Origin: Chthoniobacteraceae bacterium
GTDB taxonomy: Bacteria > Verrucomicrobiota > Verrucomicrobiia > Chthoniobacterales > Chthoniobacteraceae
DNA length: 44,440 nucleotides
Assembly: GCA_031409655.1 (NCBI GenBank)
Contig: JANNXQ010000183.1
Span: forward strand, 1-44,440
Direction of reading: 5' to 3'
Position 1 is the first letter of the stretch. The number at the start of each line of letters is the position of its first letter. The notes under the pieces are model-generated. The model did not search any database. It saw only the letters and a program-made list of their open reading frames with translations, and was not told where the DNA came from. A program made the position numbers and the translations under genes. Positions 1-8,177 of this stretch are shown piece by piece.

Positions 1-404
1 AGGGTGAGGTGCCATTTCCCGAGGCTCGCCGTCGAGTAGCCGAGCGACGGATTCGCAGCGAAAGCGCGCGGCAGCGTGAACTCCCCCGCCAGGAGCTGCC
101 CGTCATTCGCCGTCAGCGCCGTGGTCACGCCGTGGCGATACGGATTGCGGCCCGTGAGAATCGTCGCGCGCGTCGGCGAGCAGGTCGGAAGCGCGTAGCA
201 GTTGCGGAACATCACGCCCGAGTTCTTCAGCGCATTGATGTTCGGCGTCGGCGGCAGCGCCGCTCCCGGCGAGGTGTTGTAGAGCGAATTGGCGTCGATG
301 CCGTAGTCATCGGCGATGAGGAGCAGGACATTGCGCTGCTGCGCCACCGCGGAGACGGCGGTGAGCGTGAGCGCGGCGAGGGTGGTGCGGAGGAGGGAGT
401 TCAT
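1..404 (-). CDS. Secreted Cys-type sulfatase, N-terminal part (runs off the window start)
   Basis: Not in the ORF track. Hand translation from ATG at 404 gives MNSLLRTTLAALTLTAVSAVAQQRNVLLLIADDYG...TPNINAL...CSPTRATILTGR...GKWHL: signal peptide, CxPxRxxxLTGR formylglycine motif and GKWHL motif. Confidence 0.93.
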   Translation of the reverse strand, partial: MNSLLRTTLAALTLTAVSAVAQQRNVLLLIADDYGIDANSLYNTSPGAALPPTPNINALKNSGVMFRNCYALPTCSPTRATILTGRNPYRHGVTTALTANDGQLLAGEFTLPRAFAANPSLGYSTASLGKWHLT

Positions 405-462
405 AAAGTCGAGGCTGATGACTCATTGAACAGCGCGGACATTAACCCAAAGCGCGCTCCCG

Positions 463-480
463 GATAAATCCGCGTTTATC
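463..480. promoter_or_regulatory. Palindrome GATAAA-N6-TTTATC, candidate operator between divergent genes
   Basis: Perfect 6-bp arms, AT-rich in a GC-rich background, in the 116-bp gap between the sulfatase and the response regulator. Confidence 0.35.
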
Positions 481-520
481 TGCTCCCGCCGCCGCGCGGG
501 ACTCCCGTAGATTCCGCGCC

Positions 521-1192
521 ATGCGCATTTTGCTCGTCGAAGACCAGGCCAAGCTCCTCGCCTTTGCCAAGAAGGGTCTCGAGGAGCTGGGCATCTCCGT
601 GGATGCCGTGGCCGATGGCGACGAAGCCTTCCGCCGCGCGATCGAGACCCCTTACGACGCGCTCGTGCTCGACATCATGCTGCCGGGCCGCGACGGCCTG
701 AGCATCCTGCGCGCGCTGCGCGAGCGGCGGAATACGGTGCCGGTGATCCTGCTCAGTGCGCGCTCCGCTTTGCCGGAAAAAATCGAGGGTCTGAACCTCG
801 GCGCGGACGACTACCTCACGAAACCTTTCTTCGTCGAAGAACTCGCCGCGCGGCTCCGCACCGTGGTGCGGCGGCACGCGGGCGAACCGGCGCATCTGCT
901 CCGCGTGGGGGATCTCGCGATGGATTTGCTCGCGCGAAAAGTGACGCGCGACGGCGGGGAGATCGAACTCTCGACGCGCGAGTTCGAGCTGCTCGAATTT
1001 CTCATGCGCTCGCCGGGCCGCGTCTTCGGTCGCGTGCAGATTTACGAGCACGTCTGGGGTTACGACATGGATCTCGAGAGTAATCTCGTGGAGGTGTACA
1101 TCCAGCGGCTGCGCGCGAAGATCGACCGGGATCGCGAGCCGAAGCTGCTCCGCACCGTGCGCGGCGCCGGCTACGCGCTCGGAGAAAAATGA
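521..1192 (+). CDS. OmpR/PhoB-family response regulator (CusR/CzcR-like)
   Basis: MRILLVED, LDIMLP, GADDYLTKPF receiver motifs; winged-helix end VEVYIQRLRAKID...TVRGAGY. Confidence 0.95.
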   Translation: MRILLVEDQAKLLAFAKKGLEELGISVDAVADGDEAFRRAIETPYDALVLDIMLPGRDGLSILRALRERRNTVPVILLSARSALPEKIEGLNLGADDYLTKPFFVEELAARLRTVVRRHAGEPAHLLRVGDLAMDLLARKVTRDGGEIELSTREFELLEFLMRSPGRVFGRVQIYEHVWGYDMDLESNLVEVYIQRLRAKIDRDREPKLLRTVRGAGYALGEK

Positions 1193-2682
1193 GCACCGGA
1201 TCGCGACGCAGTTTTCGCACGCGGCTCGCCGTGCAGACGATGCTCGTCGCGGGCGTGGTGCTCGCGATCTTCGGTGCGGGCTCGTGGTGGTTTGCGCGGC
1301 GGCAGCTCGCGCGCACGGTCGATCTGCGCCTCACGGAATCCACGCGCCGACTCTGGAGCGCGCTCACGCCACGCAGCACCGAGGCGGATTTTCGGCGGGC
1401 GGTGCGCGGAGTTTTCGGCGAAAGCCCCGAGCTGTCCGCGACGCCCGCGGTGATCGTGAAGCTGAACGACACCGCTGCGACGCTGCTCTTCTCGACCAGC
1501 AATCCTCCGGCGGCGGACGATGCGACGCTCCGGCGCTACCTGCCGCTGGGCGATCCCGGCATCGCGACGCGACCGGAGGGTGCGCTGCGCGGTCGGCCCG
1601 CGCTCGGCGGCCCTGGCGATCCCGGGACCCGGCGTCCACAAATGCCCGAGCTGCGCCCTCCGGTTTTCTTCACCGAGAAATCCGCGCGCGGCGAGTGGCG
1701 CTTCGGGGCGTTTGCCAATCCGCACTACACTGTCTTCGTCGGTCTCTCGCTGCACGACTTCTACTCCGAAGCCCGACGGCTCGCCGGCTGGCACGCCGCC
1801 GCCGCCGCGCTCGGTCTCGCGCTCGCCGGGCTTGGCGCGTGGTGGACCTCGGGCCGCGCGACGCGTCCGCTCGCCCGCGTCATCACCACCGCCGAGCAAC
1901 TCACCGCCAGCGCGTTCGACCGCCGCATCCCCGCCGGCCCGCACGACGACCGCGAATTTTCCCAGCTCATCGCCGTGCTCAACGCCACGATGGATCGCCT
2001 GCAAGCAAGCTTCCAGCAGGCCGCGCGTTTCACCGCCGACGCGTCGCACGAACTCAAGACCCCGCTCGCCGTGATGCAGGCCACGCTGCACGACGCCCTC
2101 CGCGAGAGCCCGCCCGGCACCCCGGAACACGAGCGGCTCGAATCGCTGGCCCGCGAGAGCGCGCGCCTGAAGGGCATTACGCAGAGCCTTCTCCTGCTCT
2201 CGCAAGCCGACGCCGGCAAACTCCCGCTCACGCGCGAATGCTACGACCTCAGCGCCGATCTCGCGCGCCTCGTAGAAGACGCCGAAGCCCTGTGCGCGCA
2301 AGCCGGCCTGCGCTGCGCCCACGAGATCACCCCCGGCCTCATCATCGACGCCGACCGTGCGCTCATGCGCCATGTCTTCCAGAATCTCCTGAGCAACGCC
2401 GTGAAGTACAACCGCCCCGATGGCGAAGTGCGCCTCACCCTGGCCGCAGAGGAGGGCCGCGCCGTCTTCACCATTGAGAACACCGGCCCCGGCATCCCCG
2501 CCGCGGATCAGCCGCGCCTCTTCGAGCGCTTCTTCCGCACCGACACCGCCCGCCACAGCGAAGGCAGCGGCCTCGGCCTGAACATCGCCAGCGAACTCGC
2601 CCGCGCCAACGGTGCGTCGTTGCAGCTCGTCACCTCTGCTGGCGATCGCACGGTCTTTCGCGTGACGATTCCGTGCGTGTGA
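1189..2682 (+). CDS. Membrane sensor histidine kinase (2 TM, HAMP, HisKA, HATPase)
   Basis: H-box FTADASHELKTPL, N-box NLLSNAVKY, FERFFR and GSGLGL boxes; ATGA overlap with the regulator. Confidence 0.95.
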   Translation: MSTGSRRSFRTRLAVQTMLVAGVVLAIFGAGSWWFARRQLARTVDLRLTESTRRLWSALTPRSTEADFRRAVRGVFGESPELSATPAVIVKLNDTAATLLFSTSNPPAADDATLRRYLPLGDPGIATRPEGALRGRPALGGPGDPGTRRPQMPELRPPVFFTEKSARGEWRFGAFANPHYTVFVGLSLHDFYSEARRLAGWHAAAAALGLALAGLGAWWTSGRATRPLARVITTAEQLTASAFDRRIPAGPHDDREFSQLIAVLNATMDRLQASFQQAARFTADASHELKTPLAVMQATLHDALRESPPGTPEHERLESLARESARLKGITQSLLLLSQADAGKLPLTRECYDLSADLARLVEDAEALCAQAGLRCAHEITPGLIIDADRALMRHVFQNLLSNAVKYNRPDGEVRLTLAAEEGRAVFTIENTGPGIPAADQPRLFERFFRTDTARHSEGSGLGLNIASELARANGASLQLVTSAGDRTVFRVTIPCV

Positions 2683-2741
2683 GATTTCCGCTTCACCGTT
2701 CCGAGCTGTCACCCCGCGGAGTCGTGCTAAGCGGACGTTGT

Positions 2742-3122
2742 ATGAAAACCAACTTCGCCAAATGGATGATCGCTTACGGCATCTTCCTCGTGCTCATGGG
2801 CGGCGCGGGCTTTCTCTCCAATCCGGAGAAAGCGAAGACCGCGCTGATGTCCGGCGGGACTTTCGGAGGACTCGCCGTGGTGCTCGGGTGGCTCGCGCAG
2901 CGCGGGGCTACGTGGCCTCGCGGCGCCGCGCTGGCGCTCACGACGATGCTGACAGGCGTCTTTTGCTGGCGATCGAGCGTGAGCTGGATGGCCTTTGCCG
3001 GCGGACAGAGTGAGAAGCTCGTCGCCGCGCTGCTCATCACGGCGATGGGTCTCGCGTCGGTGGCGATGCTCATCACCTCCCTCCGCGCACTCGCGGATAA
3101 ATCGCCAACCGCCGGCCGCTGA
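2742..3122 (+). CDS. Small membrane protein, TMEM14-like (about 4 TM)
   Basis: From ATG 2742: YGIFLVLMGGAGF...KTALMSGGTFGGL resembles the Tmemb_14 pattern; four hydrophobic segments. Confidence 0.7.
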   Translation: MKTNFAKWMIAYGIFLVLMGGAGFLSNPEKAKTALMSGGTFGGLAVVLGWLAQRGATWPRGAALALTTMLTGVFCWRSSVSWMAFAGGQSEKLVAALLITAMGLASVAMLITSLRALADKSPTAGR

Positions 3123-3195
3123 TGAAGGGCAATCCGGGGTGACGGGGTGCGTGCGCCACCCCGATGGCGTGGTGAACGGACAAAGAATGGATGTC

Positions 3196-3235
3196 GAGGT
3201 AACAAAGCGGTAACACGCCTCCGCGATGTTACCTC
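3196..3235 (+). promoter_or_regulatory. Tandem GGTAACA direct repeats (11-bp period) plus an inverted copy; candidate OmpR-family binding site
   Basis: GGTAACA at 3198 and 3209. GAGGTAACA (3196-3204) is the reverse complement of TGTTACCTC (3227-3235), just before ATG 3238. Confidence 0.6.
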
Positions 3236-3237
3236 CC

Positions 3238-4674
3238 ATGAAAAGCAAAGCGCTCCCTTCACTCCCAGTCCTCCTCGTCGCGGCGCTCGTCGCGATTCAT
3301 CCACTCACCGGCATCGCCGCGTCACCATCCGAGATGCTCGAGAAGGGCATCTACACGGAAGAGACCAAAGGGGACATCGACGGCGCCATCGCGATCTACC
3401 AGCAGATTGCCGACGAGGCGAAAACCGCACGCGCCCTCGCCGCACAGGCGCAAATGCGGCTCGGGCAGTGTTACCTCAAAAAGAACCGCACCGCGGAAGC
3501 CACGGCGGCTTTTGAAAAGCTGATCCGCGAGTATCCCACCGAAAAGGAACTCGTGGCCGCGGCGAAGAAACATCTGCCCGGAGAATTCGCGCTCGGGCCG
3601 GTCTGCTGGGTCGATGGCGAACGTCTGACGCACAACCTCACCCTCGCCTCGGGCATGGACATCGGCGTGCTGGAGACACGCAGCGATCTCGTAGAAGTCG
3701 GTGGGCGCAAGGTCTGGCGCGTGGGGCGGCGGATGAGCGCCGGGGGCGAGAATGTCAGCAGCGTGGACGTCGATCCCGCGACTTTCCACCCGATCACCAG
3801 CTACTGGAAACACACGCTGCTCGGCGAAGTGACCGCGACCTTCAAGCCCGGCGAAGTGCTGCTGCAACGCGCGGACAAGAAGGAGCCAACGACGCTGCCG
3901 CTCGACCGCGTCGTCTATGACAACGAAGAATGCTTCAACCTCTTCCGGATGCTCCCGCTCGCGGTCGGCTACAAGACCACCGTGCCGGTGATCGCGACCA
4001 TCATGGGTGGAGGAGTCATCCCCATCGGCATCGAGGTGCCGGTGAAGGAGACCCTGGAAGTGCCCGCCGGGAAGTTTGAGTGCTTCAAGGTCGTGCTGAA
4101 CATCGGCCAGACGCTGTGGTTCTCCACCGGTGAACATCGGTACTTCGTGAAGTTCGAAGGTGGCGGCATGACCGGGCAACTCACGAGCATCGCGCAGCGC
4201 AAGGCAGGCGAAGCCGTACAATTCCGTGACGATGCGCTCGGCGTCTCCTTTCACACGCCTGCCGACTGGGTCATCTACAAAGCGACAAAGGGTCAGCCCG
4301 GAAAGCAAGTGCTCATCCGCACTTTCGATCCGAATGGCGACTCCACAGACGGAGGCATGCGGTTGATCCCGACCGATTCGCTGTCGGCAGAAATGCGGAA
4401 GTCGCCGCGCGCCTGGGCGGATGCGGAACTGAAAAAGGACAAAGACCGGAAGGTGCGTGCGGACAGTTGGCAGAATCACAACATCGCGGGCCGCCTGGGT
4501 GTGAGCTACCTCTCGGACATCACGGAGAACGACAAACCGCAGGTGCAATGGATCACGTATGTCCTCGGGCCGAAGACCTCGGAGTTCTTCATCATCTCGG
4601 CTCCGCCGGAAAAGTTCGATGAGCTGAAGACTGCGTTTGAAAGCGTCATCACGAGTTATCGCATGACCAAGTGA
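3238..4674 (+). CDS. Secreted protein: N-terminal TPR-like module, DUF3108-like middle domain, PsbP-like C-terminal domain
   Basis: Signal peptide; GDIDGAIAIYQQI...AQMRLGQCY...AFEKLIREYP TPR-like helices; ETLEVPAGKFECFKV; GVSFHTPADW...FESVITSY. Alternative start at 3226. Confidence 0.75.
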   Translation: MKSKALPSLPVLLVAALVAIHPLTGIAASPSEMLEKGIYTEETKGDIDGAIAIYQQIADEAKTARALAAQAQMRLGQCYLKKNRTAEATAAFEKLIREYPTEKELVAAAKKHLPGEFALGPVCWVDGERLTHNLTLASGMDIGVLETRSDLVEVGGRKVWRVGRRMSAGGENVSSVDVDPATFHPITSYWKHTLLGEVTATFKPGEVLLQRADKKEPTTLPLDRVVYDNEECFNLFRMLPLAVGYKTTVPVIATIMGGGVIPIGIEVPVKETLEVPAGKFECFKVVLNIGQTLWFSTGEHRYFVKFEGGGMTGQLTSIAQRKAGEAVQFRDDALGVSFHTPADWVIYKATKGQPGKQVLIRTFDPNGDSTDGGMRLIPTDSLSAEMRKSPRAWADAELKKDKDRKVRADSWQNHNIAGRLGVSYLSDITENDKPQVQWITYVLGPKTSEFFIISAPPEKFDELKTAFESVITSYRMTK

Positions 4675-6329
4675 GCGTCGGCCGCTTCCACCTCGTTCCG
4701 CGTCGCATGGGCCAGGACATTCGTGCCTGGCCCATGCTCGCGCTTTTGCTTCTCGTGGTGCTGGTGGCCATTGGCTGCGTCGCGTGGTTCATGCGCGAAG
4801 CCATTCGCAACGAGCGGCTCGCGGTGCGGGAAAAACTGACGACGGCTTATCGCGGCCACCTCGCGCTAAAGCAGAAGCTCGTGCAGGAGCAATGGCAGCG
4901 GGCACTGAGCCGCTTCGATGCGGAGAAGGCAGGGCCCGCGCTGTTTGCCGAAGCGGTGCGCGGTGATTGGGCGGAGAGCGTGATCTTCTTCGATGCTGAA
5001 GGGCGGGTGGCTTACCCACAGCTTGACGCGCAAAACCGCGTGGCGGAGGCGAACGCCGATTTGCTCGCGTTGGAGCGCGATCCGAAGAACGAACCGGTAA
5101 TCGCGCGGCTGCGGGATCGCGTGAATGACTACACCGCAGCTCTGCCTGCGCCGCAGCGGCGTTTTCTCATGCGCGAGCTGCTGCGACTCGCACCTGGCGT
5201 GGAACTGCGGACGCTCGCCGCGGAAGAGCTGGCCGCCGCGTATCTCGAAGCGCATGCGGAACCTGAGTTGCCGGAGACGCTGCGCGCCACCAATCTGCCG
5301 GATGTGTGGGCCGTCGCCTCGCCGAGGAAACGTGCGCTCGCGCTGTATTCGACGACAGCGTTTCGCAGGGAACTCGACGCCTTCCTGCGTGATCCCGACC
5401 TTCCCGCGGAGGTGCGCATCGCCGCAATTGCACCCGGCGAGGACGCGATCACCGACGCCACGCTGGTGACCACTTCGCTCGCACCACAGCTCCCCGGCTG
5501 GCGCCTCGCGCTCGCGCTCGACGATCGCGCGCTCTTCAACACCGCGGCGGACAAACGCGTCGCAAGTTACCTTTGGATCGGCAGCGCCGTCACCGCCGCG
5601 ATGAGCTTGCTCGCCATCTTCATCGCGCGCGGCATTGGACGGCAGGTCCAGCTCGCGCGCTTGAAGAACGACCTCGTCGCCAATGTCTCGCACGAACTCA
5701 AGACACCGCTCACCGCCATGCGCGCGCTCGTCGATACCTTGCTCGATGCGGAGAAGCCCGACGAGAAGACGACGCGCGAATACCTGCAACTCATCGCCGC
5801 GGAAAACACGCGCCTCAGCCGACTCATCGATAACTTCCTCACCTTCTCGCGACTCGAGCGAAATAAGTTCACCTTCGACTTCACCCGCATCACTCCGAGC
5901 GAAGTCGTCGCCAGTGCCGTCGCCGCGATGGGTGAGCGCCGGCACACTATCAAAGCTGACGCCTCACCCGAGTTACCCGCGATCCTCGTCGACTCCGGCG
6001 CGCTCACGACCGCGCTCCTCAACCTGCTCGACAACGCGTGGAAATATTCCGGCGATGAAAAGCGGATCGTCGTCCGCACCGAGCAGCATAGTGGCTCGGT
6101 GCGCTTCGCCGTCGAGGACTACGGCATCGGCCTCACGCCCGCCGAGAGCCGGCGCGTCTTCGGCCGCTTCTACCAGGCCGATCAGCGCCTCGCGCGCAGC
6201 GTCGGCGGTTGCGGGCTCGGGCTGAGCATCGTGCAGTCGATCGTCACCGCGCATCGCGGCACCGTGCAGGTCACGAGCGAACCCGGACGCGGCAGCACCT
6301 TCACCATCGAAATCCCCGCCGCGCCATGA
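4671..6329 (+). CDS. Membrane sensor histidine kinase with large periplasmic domain
   Basis: LVANVSHELKTPLT, NLLDNAWKYS, VEDYGIG, GCGLGL; GTGA overlap with the upstream gene (alternative ATG at 4707). Confidence 0.93.
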   Translation: MSVGRFHLVPRRMGQDIRAWPMLALLLLVVLVAIGCVAWFMREAIRNERLAVREKLTTAYRGHLALKQKLVQEQWQRALSRFDAEKAGPALFAEAVRGDWAESVIFFDAEGRVAYPQLDAQNRVAEANADLLALERDPKNEPVIARLRDRVNDYTAALPAPQRRFLMRELLRLAPGVELRTLAAEELAAAYLEAHAEPELPETLRATNLPDVWAVASPRKRALALYSTTAFRRELDAFLRDPDLPAEVRIAAIAPGEDAITDATLVTTSLAPQLPGWRLALALDDRALFNTAADKRVASYLWIGSAVTAAMSLLAIFIARGIGRQVQLARLKNDLVANVSHELKTPLTAMRALVDTLLDAEKPDEKTTREYLQLIAAENTRLSRLIDNFLTFSRLERNKFTFDFTRITPSEVVASAVAAMGERRHTIKADASPELPAILVDSGALTTALLNLLDNAWKYSGDEKRIVVRTEQHSGSVRFAVEDYGIGLTPAESRRVFGRFYQADQRLARSVGGCGLGLSIVQSIVTAHRGTVQVTSEPGRGSTFTIEIPAAP

Positions 6330-7009
6330 CCCCCGCGACCATCCTCATCGTCGAGGACGACCCGACGATCCTGCGCGTGGTGAAAGACAACTGCACCACC
6401 CGCGGCCACCAGACCCTCACCGCCCGCGACGGCGAAGCCGGCCTCGACCTGGCCCTCACGCGCAACCCCGACCTCATCGTGCTCGACCTCATGTTGCCCA
6501 AGGTGAACGGCTACGAAATCTGCCGCGCCATCCGCGCGGAGAAACTCACCATGCCCATCCTCATGCTCACCGCGAAGGGTCAGGAGGAAGACGTCATTCG
6601 CGGCCTCGAACTAGGCGCCGACGACTACATCACCAAGCCCTTCAGCATCCGCGAACTCATGGCCCGCGTGCAGGCCTTCCTCCGCCGCAGCCAGGCCGGC
6701 GCCGCGCCGAGTTACGAGTTCGGCGACTGCGTCCTCGACGCCACCTCGCACCGCCTCCTGCGCAATGGTGTCGAAGTCCCGCTCACGACGAAAGAATTCC
6801 GCCTGCTCGAATACTTCCTCCAGCGCCCCGGCCGCGCGCTCACTCGCGACCAGATCATGCAAGGTGTGTGGGGCAATGCCGTCCTCGTCACCGCCCGCAG
6901 CGTGGACCGCTGCGTGACGACCCTCCGCGCGAAGATCGAACCCGACGCACACCATCCCACCTACATCCACACCATCCGCGAGATCGGGTACCGGTTCACC
7001 AAGGAGTAG
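6326..7009 (+). CDS. OmpR/PhoB-family response regulator
   Basis: ATG 6326 overlaps the kinase stop. ILIVEDD, LDLMLP, GADDYITKPF, VDRCVTTLRAKIE...TIREIGY. Confidence 0.95.
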   Translation: MTPATILIVEDDPTILRVVKDNCTTRGHQTLTARDGEAGLDLALTRNPDLIVLDLMLPKVNGYEICRAIRAEKLTMPILMLTAKGQEEDVIRGLELGADDYITKPFSIRELMARVQAFLRRSQAGAAPSYEFGDCVLDATSHRLLRNGVEVPLTTKEFRLLEYFLQRPGRALTRDQIMQGVWGNAVLVTARSVDRCVTTLRAKIEPDAHHPTYIHTIREIGYRFTKE

Positions 7010-7065
7010 GGGCGCCCTCGCCCCGAGTCGCATCGAAACTGGGGGCGAGGGCGCCCCGGCTCCTT
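7001..7065. repeat. REP/REPIN-like palindrome, copy 1 (possible bidirectional terminator)
   Basis: AAGGAGTAGGGGCGCCCTCGCCCC (7001-7024) pairs with GGGGCGAGGGCGCCCCGGCTCCTT (7042-7065), 22/24; lies between convergent genes; second copy at 19141. Confidence 0.85.
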
Positions 7066-7068
7066 GAG

Positions 7069-8151
7069 CTACAGCTTCACGCCGAACTCATCCTTCTCCG
7101 TGATCGAGGTGACGAAGGCGGTGAGTAAGGTGATGACTTTCTCCACGTCCTCGAGATCAGCCATTTCGACGACGCTGTGCATGTAGCGAAGCGGGAGGGA
7201 GACGAGGGCGCTGGGGATGCCTTCGCGCACGTCGAAGATGACGTCGGTGTCGGTGCCGGAGTAACGCGAGGAGCTTTCGTGCTGGATGGGGATGCCGGCT
7301 TTCTTTGCGCAGTCGAGCAGACGCTGGATGACGATGGGGTGGCTGGAGGTGCCGTGGGTGATGCTGGGGCCACCGCCGAGTTTGGTGTCGCCGTGCATGG
7401 AGTGTTCGATGCCGGGAGTGTCGGTGGCGTGGGTGACATCGAGGACGACGCAGACGTCGGGCATGAGGCGATGCGCGGCCATCTTCGCGCCGTAGCCGCC
7501 GATTTCTTCCTGCACGGCGTTCACGGCGATGACGGTGCTGGCGAGTTTCTTCCGCGTCTTCGCGAGGCGGGCGAAGACTTGCGAGAGGATGAAACCGCCG
7601 ATGCGATTATCGAGGGCGCGGCCGACGATGCGGCCCTGGCCGAATTCCTCGGCGGCATCAGCATAGACGGCTGCGTGGCCGACGCGGATGCCGAGGGCGG
7701 TGACCTCGGTGGGATTGGACGCGCCGACATCGACGTAGAGTTCGTGGACCTTCGGGGACTTCTCGTCGGCGAGGCTGTCCTTGCGCAGGTGGATGGCGGT
7801 GTTGCCGACGATGCCGCGCACGGAGCCCTTTTCTCCGAGGATTTGCAGACGACGACCGCGCGCCGTGGCGGTGTCGGAGCCGCCGATGCGGTCGATGTGC
7901 AGGTAGCCCTCTTTCGTGATGTGTTTGACGATGAAGCCGATCTCGTCGGCGTGGGCTTCGAGCATCACGCGGCGGGGCTTTTTCGCGGTGCCTTCGAGGG
8001 TCGCCCAGGCGGTGCCATAAGCATCATTTTCCACACGATCGGCGACCTTGCGGAGGTAGGCGGCCCACTTCCGCTGGCCGGGGAGTTCGAAGCCAGTGGG
8101 GCTCGGGGTGTTGAGGAGGTCGAAGAGGAAGGTCTTGGCAGCGGCGTCCAT
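7069..8151 (-). CDS. M42-family metallo-aminopeptidase
   Basis: SPTGFE, AHADEIG, ALDNRIG, QEEIG, DVTHA and RYMHS metal-ligand motifs; start MDAAAKTFL. Confidence 0.93.
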   Translation of the reverse strand: MDAAAKTFLFDLLNTPSPTGFELPGQRKWAAYLRKVADRVENDAYGTAWATLEGTAKKPRRVMLEAHADEIGFIVKHITKEGYLHIDRIGGSDTATARGRRLQILGEKGSVRGIVGNTAIHLRKDSLADEKSPKVHELYVDVGASNPTEVTALGIRVGHAAVYADAAEEFGQGRIVGRALDNRIGGFILSQVFARLAKTRKKLASTVIAVNAVQEEIGGYGAKMAAHRLMPDVCVVLDVTHATDTPGIEHSMHGDTKLGGGPSITHGTSSHPIVIQRLLDCAKKAGIPIQHESSSRYSGTDTDVIFDVREGIPSALVSLPLRYMHSVVEMADLEDVEKVITLLTAFVTSITEKDEFGVKL

Positions 8152-8177
8152 GCGAGTTGGCGTTGCGACTAGCGGAG

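Noticed and set aside
9..467. 152-aa plus-strand ORF at the window start
   Set aside because: It is the antisense shadow of the sulfatase, which has clear motifs on the minus strand.
1171..2712. Long antisense and alternative-frame ORFs here and elsewhere (e.g. 3322-4548, 9722-11113, 12139-13623, 19201-21006, 39650-42142, 42786-44285)
   Set aside because: They overlap well-supported genes, have no motifs and are Arg/Gly/Ala-rich, as expected for shadow ORFs in high-GC DNA.
3144..3164. Hairpin CGGGGTG-N7-CACCCCG after the TMEM14-like gene
   Set aside because: No U-tract follows, and short GC stems are common here; not called a terminator.
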